This document shows positions 23,880 through 32,000 of a stretch of 32,000 nt of DNA, in pieces. How positions within the stretch are numbered: the stretch's first letter is position 1; each line of letters starts with the position of its first letter. Below the pieces are notes generated by a model. It searched no databases and was not told where the DNA came from. It saw nothing but the letters and a program-made list of their open reading frames with translations. The translations under genes were made by a program, and so were the position numbers. Source of the DNA: Cylindrospermopsis raciborskii Cr2010 (lineage in GTDB: Bacteria > Cyanobacteriota > Cyanobacteriia > Cyanobacteriales > Nostocaceae); contig NZ_CP065936.1 of assembly GCF_003367075.2 (NCBI RefSeq), positions 3,180,001 to 3,212,000 of the forward strand, in the 5' to 3' direction.

Positions 23880-24656
23880 ATGCACTTATTCAATAAAGTC
23901 AAATTTAATACTCCCGAAAGTGTGGAGCTGGAATTTACCTTAGCTGGTATAGGAAGTCGTGCTTGGGCTTTTTTAATTGACTATTTGGTCTTGACTACCA
24001 CTTTAATTTTGGTGATCATTGCTTGGGTATTTATCTTTAGTCAATTAGTTATATCAACAATTTTAGACTCAGCTTTTGGTTTGTGGATATGGGCGATCGC
24101 CTTCCTGACTGTTTTCACTATTTATACGGGCTATTTTGTCTTTTTTGAGACTTTATGGCAAGGACAGACCCCTGGTAAACGCATGGCTAAAATTCGGGTA
24201 ATCAGAGATGATGGTAGACTAGTGGGACTACAACAGTCGGTATTGCGAGCTTTACTCCGTCCTGTGGATGAGTTTTTTTTCATCGGTGCTTTTTTAATCA
24301 TCTTAGCTAAGAATGAAAAGCGTCTGGGTGATATGGTTGCTGGAACTATAGTAATCCAGTCTCAAATAGAAAATAAAGTTGTCAACTTAACTATTTCTCC
24401 AGAAGCGCAGTTGCTTTGTGTCAAGCTGCAGCAAAACTGTGACCTGTCCCAGTTGTTGCCCGATGATTTTGCGGTGATTCGTGAGTATTTAAAAACCCGT
24501 GGTGGTATGTCTTCTAAAGCTAAAGCTTCTTTATCACTGGAATTGTCTCAGCAGGTTCAGTCCATAATTAATTTATCAGTTTTGCCCGGTGATATGTCAG
24601 CTGATGTGTTTTTAGAAGCTGTCTATCTAGGATATCAAAAATTGGAATTTGTTTGA
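23880..24656 (+). CDS. RDD-family membrane protein
   Basis: RDD-domain layout: TM helices, GQTPGKRMAKIRVIRDDGR..G...S..R. It starts 4 nt after the preceding gene. Confidence 0.75.
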   Translation: MHLFNKVKFNTPESVELEFTLAGIGSRAWAFLIDYLVLTTTLILVIIAWVFIFSQLVISTILDSAFGLWIWAIAFLTVFTIYTGYFVFFETLWQGQTPGKRMAKIRVIRDDGRLVGLQQSVLRALLRPVDEFFFIGAFLIILAKNEKRLGDMVAGTIVIQSQIENKVVNLTISPEAQLLCVKLQQNCDLSQLLPDDFAVIREYLKTRGGMSSKAKASLSLELSQQVQSIINLSVLPGDMSADVFLEAVYLGYQKLEFV

Positions 24657-24689
24657 TCGCATTTATAGTCCCCATTTCCCCCTATCCCC

Positions 24690-25478
24690 TTAAAACCTGA
24701 AACTAGACCAGTTTGGTTGACGATAATAATGGGTCATATCATCAAACTTTCTTACCTCAGCTTGACTGACCACAATTTCTGAGAAATTTAACAGCCAATA
24801 TTGATTTAATTCCGATAATAAATTACTCAGATTAACCCGGTCTAAGTTAGCAGGGATTTCACTAAAATAACCTAACGTAATATGGGCTGTGAAGTGATAG
24901 TGCTGTTCAATGCCCAGTCCCATTAATTTGCGATTTTGATAAATTAGTCGTCGTAGTTGAATAATTTCTTCGTATGAGCGTTCATCCTTTGGTATTAAAC
25001 CCAATGCTATAGCTCTAGGCATTACTATTACTCCTAAGACTTGCCAAGAAATGGGACCTTGCGATGAACTACGCAATTTTTGGTACTGACCAAACAAGTC
25101 TCCTAGATAAGAGTTTAGCTCTTCTTCAAAATCAGGCTTTTTCTCGCAGGCGTGAATAAACGCATGATCCCAAATCAAATCTGCCAAAGTAACATGAAAA
25201 CTGCTCACCGGTAAGGGTACAATCAAATCGGAAGCAATTGGTAACTCTAACAGCAATTGCCCAAAAGTCTCTATTTGCTTGTAAAAGTCCGCATTTTGCG
25301 GATCCTCACTTGCTGGTGGAGTAATCAGGGTATAACCGGGAAAGGGGGTTGCTCTGAGGACACCATCTACGGACTGGAATTTAGAGGATTCCTGGATATG
25401 TTGAACCTGGGTTCTGAAAGAATCTGGTAGCGTCATTCTCGCTAACCGATTTAAGTAGGTTTGGTAGTTATCGTCCAA
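24690..25478 (-). CDS. 2H-phosphoesterase-superfamily protein (resembles cyanobacterial DUF1868)
   Basis: Two H-x-T motifs in the expected context (SSFHVTLADL; FTAHITLGYF). The start is uncertain: TTG at 25478, or an internal ATG 14 codons downstream. Confidence 0.55.
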   Translation of the reverse strand: MDDNYQTYLNRLARMTLPDSFRTQVQHIQESSKFQSVDGVLRATPFPGYTLITPPASEDPQNADFYKQIETFGQLLLELPIASDLIVPLPVSSFHVTLADLIWDHAFIHACEKKPDFEEELNSYLGDLFGQYQKLRSSSQGPISWQVLGVIVMPRAIALGLIPKDERSYEEIIQLRRLIYQNRKLMGLGIEQHYHFTAHITLGYFSEIPANLDRVNLSNLLSELNQYWLLNFSEIVVSQAEVRKFDDMTHYYRQPNWSSFRF

Positions 25479-25657
25479 TCTTGTTACCCTCGTGATCTTC
25501 TTGATAAATTCTAGAAAAAATTACCTGATCTGAGCAATTTTTATTTAACCACAGTTCCCCACAAGCTGTAAAATAATATAGCGATCGCATCCTTTAGCCC
25601 AAGGTAAAATCAACTCCTACCCAAAATATAATCAAAATATAATTACAACATACAATT

Positions 25658-26662
25658 GTGGTTTATCGTATCCTAGATGCAAATTTAAATAGATCCCGGG
25701 AGGGGCTGCGAATCATTGAAGAATGGTGTCGTTTTGGCTTAAATGATGCCTCCCTAGCTGAAACCTGTAAAAACCTACGTCAAGAAGTTGCTAGGTGGCA
25801 CACACCACAAATCAGAGCAGCACGAGATACTGTAGGTGATCCTGGCACGGTTTTGAGCCATCCTCAAGAGGAACAGCGTAGTTCTATTACATCCCTATTA
25901 CAGGCTAATTTTTGCCGTATTCAGGAAGCCTTTAGGGTTTTAGAAGAATACGGCAAGCTACATCACGAAGAAATGGGGAAAACTTTTAAGCAAATGCGCT
26001 ATCAAGTGTATACCCTAGAAAGTACCTTGATGGGTCATCAACGTCATCACCTATTATGGCAGTCTCGCTTGTATTTAGTCACGTCTCCTGCGGATAACTT
26101 ATTAGCTATTGTTGAGTCTTGTCTCCAAGGTGGACTGACCATACTGCAGTATAGAGAAAAAACAGCTGATGACATGGTGCGTTGGGATAGGGCTAAGAAA
26201 CTCAGAGAGTTGTGTCGAACTTATGGTGCTTTGTTTATTGTTAATGACCGTATAGACCTAGCCTTAGCTGTTGACGCGGATGGAGTACATTTAGGACAAC
26301 AAGATCTACCAGTTGCTGTAGCTAGGGAATTATTAGGTTCACAACGTATCCTAGGACGTTCCACCACCAACCCCCAGGAGATGCAAGCAGCAATTACAGA
26401 GGGTGCGGATTATATTGGTGTCGGTCCTGTATATGAAACACCAACTAAACCAGGAAAAGCAGCAGCAGGATTTGACTATGTAAGTTATGCAGCTAGAAAC
26501 TGTCCCATTCCTTGGTTTGCCATTGGAGGTGTGGATATGGGTAACATTCATGATGTCATCAAGGCTGGGGCCCAGCGCGTAGCTGTAGTAAGGTCGCTTA
26601 TGGAAGCAGAACAACCTACCCTCGCTACCCAATATTTCATATCCCAGCTATTGCGCAAGTAG
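25658..26662 (+). CDS. thiE: Thiamine-phosphate synthase with the cyanobacterial N-terminal extension
   Basis: N-terminus RILDANLNRSREGLRIIEEWCRF. ThiE core LYLVTS..., LQYREK, FIVNDRIDLALAVDADGVHLGQQD, IGVGPVYETPTKPG, AIGG. Confidence 0.9.
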   Translation: MVYRILDANLNRSREGLRIIEEWCRFGLNDASLAETCKNLRQEVARWHTPQIRAARDTVGDPGTVLSHPQEEQRSSITSLLQANFCRIQEAFRVLEEYGKLHHEEMGKTFKQMRYQVYTLESTLMGHQRHHLLWQSRLYLVTSPADNLLAIVESCLQGGLTILQYREKTADDMVRWDRAKKLRELCRTYGALFIVNDRIDLALAVDADGVHLGQQDLPVAVARELLGSQRILGRSTTNPQEMQAAITEGADYIGVGPVYETPTKPGKAAAGFDYVSYAARNCPIPWFAIGGVDMGNIHDVIKAGAQRVAVVRSLMEAEQPTLATQYFISQLLRK

Positions 26663-26663
26663 G

Positions 26664-27302
26664 TTAACTCCCATTTAATCTTACCATGAGATCTTTAGAT
26701 TGCTTGCTAATAGCTGACCAGTTTTCCGTTAGTACCCATTGTTTAGGGAACAATTCCCCACTCAAACCTACTGCAATAGCTCCCCCTTGCAAAAAAGCTG
26801 AGGCATTGTCTATAGTCACCCCACCTGTGGGAATCAGGGGAATATGACCCAAAGGACCTTGTAAACTCCTAACATAGTTAACTCCCCCCATAGCTTGCAC
26901 AGGAAACACCTTGACACTACTTGCACCCTGATGCCAAGCTGTAATGATTTCTGTAGGTGTTAAAGCTCCAGGAATAATGGGCACGTTTTTAAAAACTGCC
27001 ATTTTAATCATTTCTACATCTGTGTGGGGGGTAAAAAGAAACTGGGCCCCAGCAGCGATCGCCTCTTGTAATTGTTGAACATTAAATAGGGTACCAGTCC
27101 CAATTAGACAATGGGGTAAATGAACTCTTAACTTAGAAATTAAATCCCGGGCGCGATCGCTATCCCAAGTAATTTCTATTAACTGCATACCTGCGGATGC
27201 TACGGCCATAGCCATCTGTTCACCCCAGTACATTTTTGGGGTACGAATAACAGCGATCGCCTTATGTTGTTTTAATTTTGACAGCCAGGTTTGATCAGAC
27301 AT
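26664..27302 (-). CDS. eda: KDPG / 4-hydroxy-2-oxoglutarate aldolase
   Basis: AIAVIRTP......A..G..LIEITW.S......I..L........IGTGT......Q...A...GAQF..TP......IPG..TPTEI..A...G...VKVFP. I prefer the ATG at 27302 (MSDQTWLSKL..) over the track start at 27380. Confidence 0.8.
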   Translation of the reverse strand: MSDQTWLSKLKQHKAIAVIRTPKMYWGEQMAMAVASAGMQLIEITWDSDRARDLISKLRVHLPHCLIGTGTLFNVQQLQEAIAAGAQFLFTPHTDVEMIKMAVFKNVPIIPGALTPTEIITAWHQGASSVKVFPVQAMGGVNYVRSLQGPLGHIPLIPTGGVTIDNASAFLQGGAIAVGLSGELFPKQWVLTENWSAISKQSKDLMVRLNGS

Positions 27303-27400
27303 AGGGCAACTATCTCGACAGTTAGTCTTGTGGAATATCTTCAGAAGGTGTAAAAATAGTTCTACCTTGAAATAGTCCAAAAATACCAGAAATAAAAACT

Positions 27401-28147
27401 ATGATCATGCTTCCTCAGCTGCAAAATGCTTTTCTTCGCCGCAACGTTTTAAAAGTAATTAGCGGTTTAAATAACTTCAACCTTGACAGTGTAGCTGCTA
27501 TAGTTAAAGCGGCGGATTTAGGCGGTGCAACATTCGTTGATATTGCTGCTGACCAAAGATTAATCCATTTAGTCAAAAGTTTAACCAGCTTACCAGTTTG
27601 TGTATCTGCTGTGGAACCAGAGCAGTTTGTCCTGGCTGTAAATGCTGGTGCCGATTTAATTGAAATTGGCAACTTTGACTCATTTTACGCACAAGGTCGC
27701 AAATTTGAAGCCGACGAAGTTTTATCCCTAACCCATAAAACTCGTGCCTTACTGCCTGAAATAACCCTATCTGTGACTGTTCCCCATATTCTCACCCTAG
27801 ACCAACAGGTGCAACTAGCTGAAGCCCTAGTTCAAGCTGGTGCTGACATTATTCAAACCGAAGGGGGAACTAGTAGTAAAGCAACCCATGCTGGAACCCT
27901 GGGTTTAATTGAAAAAGCTGCTCCCACCCTAGCAGCAACATTTGAAATTTCTCGTGCTGTGTCCATCCCCGTTTTGTGCGCTTCTGGTATTTCCAATGTC
28001 ACCGCACCCCTAGCTGTAGCTGCTGGCGCTGCTGGTGTGGGCGTAGGATCTGCGATTAATCAACTTAACAGTGAAATTGCTATGATTGCCTCTGTGCGCT
28101 CTCTAGTAGAATCCCTGTCTAATAGTAATATTAGTTCACCTGTGTAA
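27401..28147 (+). CDS. ycf23: Ycf23-like (DUF561) TIM-barrel-type protein
   Basis: LKVISGLNNFNLDSVAAIVKAADLGGATFVDIAAD resembles the conserved opening of the cyanobacterial/plastid Ycf23 family. Confidence 0.55.
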   Translation: MIMLPQLQNAFLRRNVLKVISGLNNFNLDSVAAIVKAADLGGATFVDIAADQRLIHLVKSLTSLPVCVSAVEPEQFVLAVNAGADLIEIGNFDSFYAQGRKFEADEVLSLTHKTRALLPEITLSVTVPHILTLDQQVQLAEALVQAGADIIQTEGGTSSKATHAGTLGLIEKAAPTLAATFEISRAVSIPVLCASGISNVTAPLAVAAGAAGVGVGSAINQLNSEIAMIASVRSLVESLSNSNISSPV

Positions 28148-28174
28148 GCGGTTGTCAGAGAATTCTTAAAGGGT

Positions 28175-28193
28175 GTTTGGTCCTGGACCAAAC
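28175..28193. terminator. Palindromic hairpin between convergent genes; possible bidirectional terminator
   Basis: GTTTGGT-CCTGG-ACCAAAC lies between the stops at 28147 (+) and 28204 (-). There is no clear U tract. Confidence 0.35.
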
Positions 28194-28203
28194 CCATATT
28201 CAA

Positions 28204-29352
28204 CTAACTCAAACAGTCCTTCAAACTATAAATCACCCTGTCTTGCTGCTCCTGAGTCAGTTCTGGGAACATAGGTAAGGATATAACTTGATGACAAGCT
28301 GCTTCAGACACTGGCAATTTTCCACACTCATAACCTAAACATTGATATACTGGTTGCAGGTGTAAAGGTACAGGGTAATAGACCATGGTGCTCACTCCCC
28401 TTTCTTGTAGCGCAGTTCTCACCCAGTCCCTATATTTAGAACTAGCGCCATTTCTCTCTTGACTGGAAACGCGAATAGTATATTGATTCCAAACTCCTAT
28501 CCCCCCCAATAATTCTTGCGGTGGGGTAATCCCAGAAATTTGTCCCAGATGTTGATAATAATAGGCGGCTATTTTTTGCCGTTGTTCATTCCAAATATCC
28601 AAATAGGGTAGTTTGATTTCCAGAATTGCAGCTTGGAGAGCATCTAAACGACTATTTACACCTACTTCCTCATGAATATATCTTGTCTTGCTACCATGTT
28701 CCTTTAATAGTCTAATTTTGTCCGCTATTTCTCTATCGTTAGTGGTGATTGCTCCCCCATCACCACAACCCCCCAAATTTTTAGTGGGATAAAAGCTAAA
28801 ACACCCAATATTTCCTATACTACCAACCTTTTGTCCCTCCCAACTCGCACCTGTAGCTTGAGCGCAATCCTCAATAACAGCTAAATTATGGGAGTGAGCA
28901 ATCTCCATCAAAGCTGTCATATCCACAGGTAATCCAAACAGGTGTACAGGCATTATAGCTTTAGTTTTTTTGGTAATAGCCGCTGAAATTTTGCTCACAT
29001 CCAAGTTAAAGGTAGTGGGGTCAATATCTACAAATACAGGTATAGCCCCTACCGCACTAATCACTTCCGTAGTCGCAAAAAAGCTAAAGGGTGTGGTAAT
29101 TACCTCGTCCCCCGCCCCAATATCCAAAGCCCGTAGCGATAAATACAAGGCATCAGTACCGGAATTACAAGCTACACACTCGTTAACACCATGATAGGCA
29201 GCAAATTGCTGTTCAAACCCCTCCACTCCGGGGCCACCAATGTAACGTCCGGAACTGAGAACTTCTAACACAGCACGACTAATTTTGGACTCAATGGCCA
29301 AATACTGCTGTTTGATATCAAATGCGGGAACGGAATTTACACCTTGGATCAT
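28204..29352 (-). CDS. DegT/DnrJ/EryC1/StrS-family PLP-dependent sugar aminotransferase
   Basis: 382 aa. ..GRYIGGP.VE.FE..FA.Y.G....V...SGTDAL.L.L.AL.IG.GDEVITTPFSF.AT.E.I...GA.PVFVDI...FN.. and the FYPTKNLG lysine motif. Confidence 0.9.
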   Translation of the reverse strand: MIQGVNSVPAFDIKQQYLAIESKISRAVLEVLSSGRYIGGPGVEGFEQQFAAYHGVNECVACNSGTDALYLSLRALDIGAGDEVITTPFSFFATTEVISAVGAIPVFVDIDPTTFNLDVSKISAAITKKTKAIMPVHLFGLPVDMTALMEIAHSHNLAVIEDCAQATGASWEGQKVGSIGNIGCFSFYPTKNLGGCGDGGAITTNDREIADKIRLLKEHGSKTRYIHEEVGVNSRLDALQAAILEIKLPYLDIWNEQRQKIAAYYYQHLGQISGITPPQELLGGIGVWNQYTIRVSSQERNGASSKYRDWVRTALQERGVSTMVYYPVPLHLQPVYQCLGYECGKLPVSEAACHQVISLPMFPELTQEQQDRVIYSLKDCLS

Positions 29353-29500
29353 GGTTTTTATCTTAATTGCGGGATAGGGATCAGACGGAAAAGTATTGTT
29401 CTAATAGGAATGGCTATTCTATTCGCCTGTTCTAATTGTACTGGTTAGTCATACTATTTATTATATTTATAATATGGTCATATACTAGTATTACTGAACT

Positions 29501-30277
29501 ATGTCAGATTTAGTTAGGTTGGACATTACGGATTTGGGTTTTGCTCTGGGTTTAATGGCTATTACCATTGGTTTATCCGTCTGGGAAAAATTGGGACTGG
29601 AATTAAACCTAGTCATAGCAGGGTTGCGAAGCTTTTTCCAATTGGTCGTGTTAGCATACGTTTTAGATTTCGTTTTTGCCACTGATAATGTTTGGGTTAT
29701 TGGGGGGTTTGTCCTGGTTATGTTGACAATTACAGCTATTGTAGCCAGAAACCGCATCAGTACCAAAGTTTCTTTCTTACTTCCCCTGGTTTGGACAACT
29801 ATTTTTGTCAGTACATCACTAATTCTTATTTATATAAACTTTTTGATTATTAAACCTGATAGATGGTACGAACCACGTTATTTAATTCCTATATCCGCCA
29901 TATTGCTTGCTAATGCCATGAATGCAGCAGCAGTAGCAGGGGAAAGATTAGTTGGCAGTATTCGTCAATTTCCTCAAGAAATCGAAACCCATCTCAGTTT
30001 AGGCGCAACGCCACAACAAGCTGTTAGTCAATATCGCCGAGACGCAATTAGAACAGCTCTTTTTCCCACACTTAATCAAATGATGTTCATGGGGATGGTA
30101 ACCATACCTACTTTTAGTAGCGGACAATTACTGGCAGGTATGTCACCGCTGGAAGCCTTATCCTACCAAATTCTTATCGTTTTTATGGTAGTCCTGGTTA
30201 ATTTACTAACGGCAATTTTGATTACTAGATATCTATATCGTCAATTTTTCAATGATGCTATGCAGTTGTTAAAGTAG
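29501..30277 (+). CDS. fetB: FetB/YbbM-type (UPF0014) ABC-transporter permease
   Basis: 258 aa, polytopic. LGLELNLVIAGLRSFFQLVVLAYVLDFVF... and EIETHLSLGATPQQA...R.A..P.LN.M...G.V..P are typical of the family. Confidence 0.7.
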   Translation: MSDLVRLDITDLGFALGLMAITIGLSVWEKLGLELNLVIAGLRSFFQLVVLAYVLDFVFATDNVWVIGGFVLVMLTITAIVARNRISTKVSFLLPLVWTTIFVSTSLILIYINFLIIKPDRWYEPRYLIPISAILLANAMNAAAVAGERLVGSIRQFPQEIETHLSLGATPQQAVSQYRRDAIRTALFPTLNQMMFMGMVTIPTFSSGQLLAGMSPLEALSYQILIVFMVVLVNLLTAILITRYLYRQFFNDAMQLLK

Positions 30278-30622
30278 TTCAATGTTTTTTGCTCCCATAT
30301 TCCATAATGTTTTTGTTTCTTTAATTAGCCAGCTTAAATAAGTCTCACTTACATAATCAATTGGCATAGCCACAATACAAGGTGTATCGTAAGAATGTAG
30401 GGAACTTATCTTATCCTTTATTTGTACAAATAGATCTTGTCGAGATTTCATAATTAAAATTGCTTCTTTTTCTACTTGAACTTCACCATTCCACCAGTAA
30501 ATACTATCCATATTTTCTACTATGTTAGCACATGCCACAAGACGCTTTTGTACTAATAGCTTACCTATACTAATAGCTTCATCCCGGTCTTTACATGTAA
30601 CGTACAAAAAAATAACTTTCAT
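30269..30622 (-). CDS. cutA: Divalent-cation tolerance protein CutA
   Basis: VTC.D.DEA..I...LV..RLVACANI......SIYWW.G.V....E..L..K........I...I...HSYD.PCI. Confidence 0.85.
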   Translation of the reverse strand: MKVIFLYVTCKDRDEAISIGKLLVQKRLVACANIVENMDSIYWWNGEVQVEKEAILIMKSRQDLFVQIKDKISSLHSYDTPCIVAMPIDYVSETYLSWLIKETKTLWNMGAKNIELL

Positions 30623-30702
30623 ATCTTAAATGATTAATGTTTCTTTAGTTGTCACTTATCATGAGAACTGATTGAACCTCTCCCAGAATCGTTTTCTTCC
30701 CC

Positions 30703-31587
30703 ATGACATACAGTCAAATCCTACTCCCTCCTGGGACGTTGTGGAAAAAACTCCAGGAAACTACTCACCATGCTTTACAGTGCGGTGCACTCATACCCAT
30801 ATCTACCAAGTCCGAATTTGTTGAACAAGATGGAGTAATCTTTTTAGTACGAGTCTTGTCTAACCTGAATCGCAAACAAAGTGCCCAAAAAAAACAAGAT
30901 CAAATTATTAAGGTTTCCGGAACAGACTTTAACCCTTTTCTGCCATATCAAGAAGATCTATTTGTAGCTGATATCTCAGAAACTCATGTTTGTATATTGA
31001 ATAAGTTCAATGTGGTTAATTATCACCTATTGATTATTACCCGTGCTTTCGTAGAACAAGAGAGTCTGCTGACTGGGGAAGATTTGGCAGCAATGTGGGC
31101 CTGTTTAGCCGAATTTGATGGACTGGCATTCTATAATGGCGGTAAAGTTGCTGGTGCTAGTCAGCGCCATAAACATTTACAAATTATTCCCCTAGCTGAA
31201 ACTGAAATTCCCATAGCTCCATTATTGACTACAGCTAAATTGGAAAATGGCATTACTACCATACCAGCATTTCCTTTCCTTCATGCTTTCACTGCTTTTT
31301 CCCCCGATGAAACTCCTCAAGACATCCTGTCCAAGTATTATGCTTTGTTAGACATGGTTAGCATTACAGCAACTGATAATCTTCAACAATCCGCAGCCTA
31401 CAATTTTCTGGCAACCCGAAATTGGATGTTGGTTGTACCAAGATTAAAGGAGGATTTTATCTCCATTCCTATCAATTCCCTGGGGTTTGCAGGTAGTTTA
31501 TTGGTTAAAAATTCCGCACAAATGCAGCTAGTTAAGGACATTGGCCCTATGAATATTTTAAAGAACGTTGCCATATCCAATATCTAA
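30703..31587 (+). CDS. ATP adenylyltransferase / Ap4A phosphorylase-like (GalT/HIT branch)
   Basis: NPFLPY...LFV........LNKFNVV..HLLIIT..F..Q...L and the histidine motif ASQRHKHLQIIPL. Confidence 0.6.
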   Translation: MTYSQILLPPGTLWKKLQETTHHALQCGALIPISTKSEFVEQDGVIFLVRVLSNLNRKQSAQKKQDQIIKVSGTDFNPFLPYQEDLFVADISETHVCILNKFNVVNYHLLIITRAFVEQESLLTGEDLAAMWACLAEFDGLAFYNGGKVAGASQRHKHLQIIPLAETEIPIAPLLTTAKLENGITTIPAFPFLHAFTAFSPDETPQDILSKYYALLDMVSITATDNLQQSAAYNFLATRNWMLVVPRLKEDFISIPINSLGFAGSLLVKNSAQMQLVKDIGPMNILKNVAISNI

Positions 31588-31639
31588 AAATGTTATTATA
31601 TCTATAGGATTTCTATCTTCACCTGTTTCTAATCTCCCT

Positions 31640-32000
31640 ATGTCCGAATCTCTTCCTTTACGCGATCGCTACCTAGCTTTAATCGACGAGATAGTCAATA
31701 ACACACTAAAAGGCAAAATTAGCTCCGTGGATCAAATCTACCAAATGTTACTCAATGGTATAAGTTTGGGTACGGGGGAGGTATTTGAATTGGCTCTGAG
31801 CGATCGCACTAGGGATATACAACTTCAAGTAGAAAATGAGAAAGATGAGACAAAAAAAGGCAAAGCCAATCGTAGTTTAAGAGCGATAAAAACGGTTCAA
31901 AGCCAATGGCAGCGGTGGGAGGAGCAAAACCAGGCCACAGAGGTAATTACATCAGCAGTAAGAGAAATTATCAGTGCTAGTCCTGAAGAAAATTTAACTG
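31640..32000 (+). CDS. Hypothetical protein, 5' part; runs off the right edge
   Basis: My translation from ATG 31640 is MSESLPLRDRYLALIDEIVNNTLKGKISSVDQIYQMLLNGISLGTGEVFELALSDRTRDIQ... It is open to the window end. No family recognised. Confidence 0.4.
   Translation, partial: MSESLPLRDRYLALIDEIVNNTLKGKISSVDQIYQMLLNGISLGTGEVFELALSDRTRDIQLQVENEKDETKKGKANRSLRAIKTVQSQWQRWEEQNQATEVITSAVREIISASPEENLT

Noticed and set aside
25500-25657. Possible TPP riboswitch upstream of thiE: the string ACCTGATCTGAGC at ~25533 resembles part of the TPP aptamer (ACCUGAUCUGGAU).
   Set aside because: I could not find the rest of the aptamer (the CUGAGA bulge, the GGGG/CCC pairing stems or the GCCAGCG segment). The match is a single short string ~115 nt from the start codon.
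1-32000. tRNA, rRNA or tmRNA genes.
   Set aside because: Scanning the intergenic regions by eye found no cloverleaf-compatible segment and no T-loop consensus (GGTTCGAATCC-like) outside coding sequence. A tRNA-scanning program would be needed to be definitive.

Overview
The sequence is AT-biased and rich in HIP1 (GCGATCGC), which fits a cyanobacterial chromosome, probably a filamentous Nostocales-type genome. This taxon call rests on sequence style only.

Positions ~650-17,700 are a heavily decayed defence island between sat (left edge) and uvrC. Positions ~19,000-32,000 look like ordinary housekeeping genes: uvrC, a spoIIM-like/RDD membrane cluster, thiE, eda, ycf23-like, a DegT-type aminotransferase, a fetB-like permease, cutA and an Ap4A-phosphorylase-like gene.

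The centrepiece is a minus-strand three-gene module: an SNF2-type helicase, then a DUF1156-family Zn-ribbon methyltransferase, then a DUF499 P-loop ATPase with an N-terminal Swt1-type HEPN domain. This R-M-like trio has no established mechanism. All three genes are damaged here:
- An IS1-family element with an intact 8-bp target duplication splits the ATPase.
- A TnpB-only IS200/IS605 element joins helicase codon 665 directly to a methyltransferase that lacks its N-terminal DUF1156 domain.
- A second, internally deleted helicase copy (14,295-15,759) carries the C-terminus that the first copy lacks.

A visibly GC-richer higB-like toxin plus HTH::ImmA/IrrE-peptidase cassette lies between the two helicase copies.

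The island also holds an hsdM relic, an MNT/HepT pair, a two-repeat CRISPR-like relic next to a RAMP-like gene fragment, a Uma2 endonuclease gene and clusters of short dispersed repeats. I found no rRNA or tRNA genes by eye.
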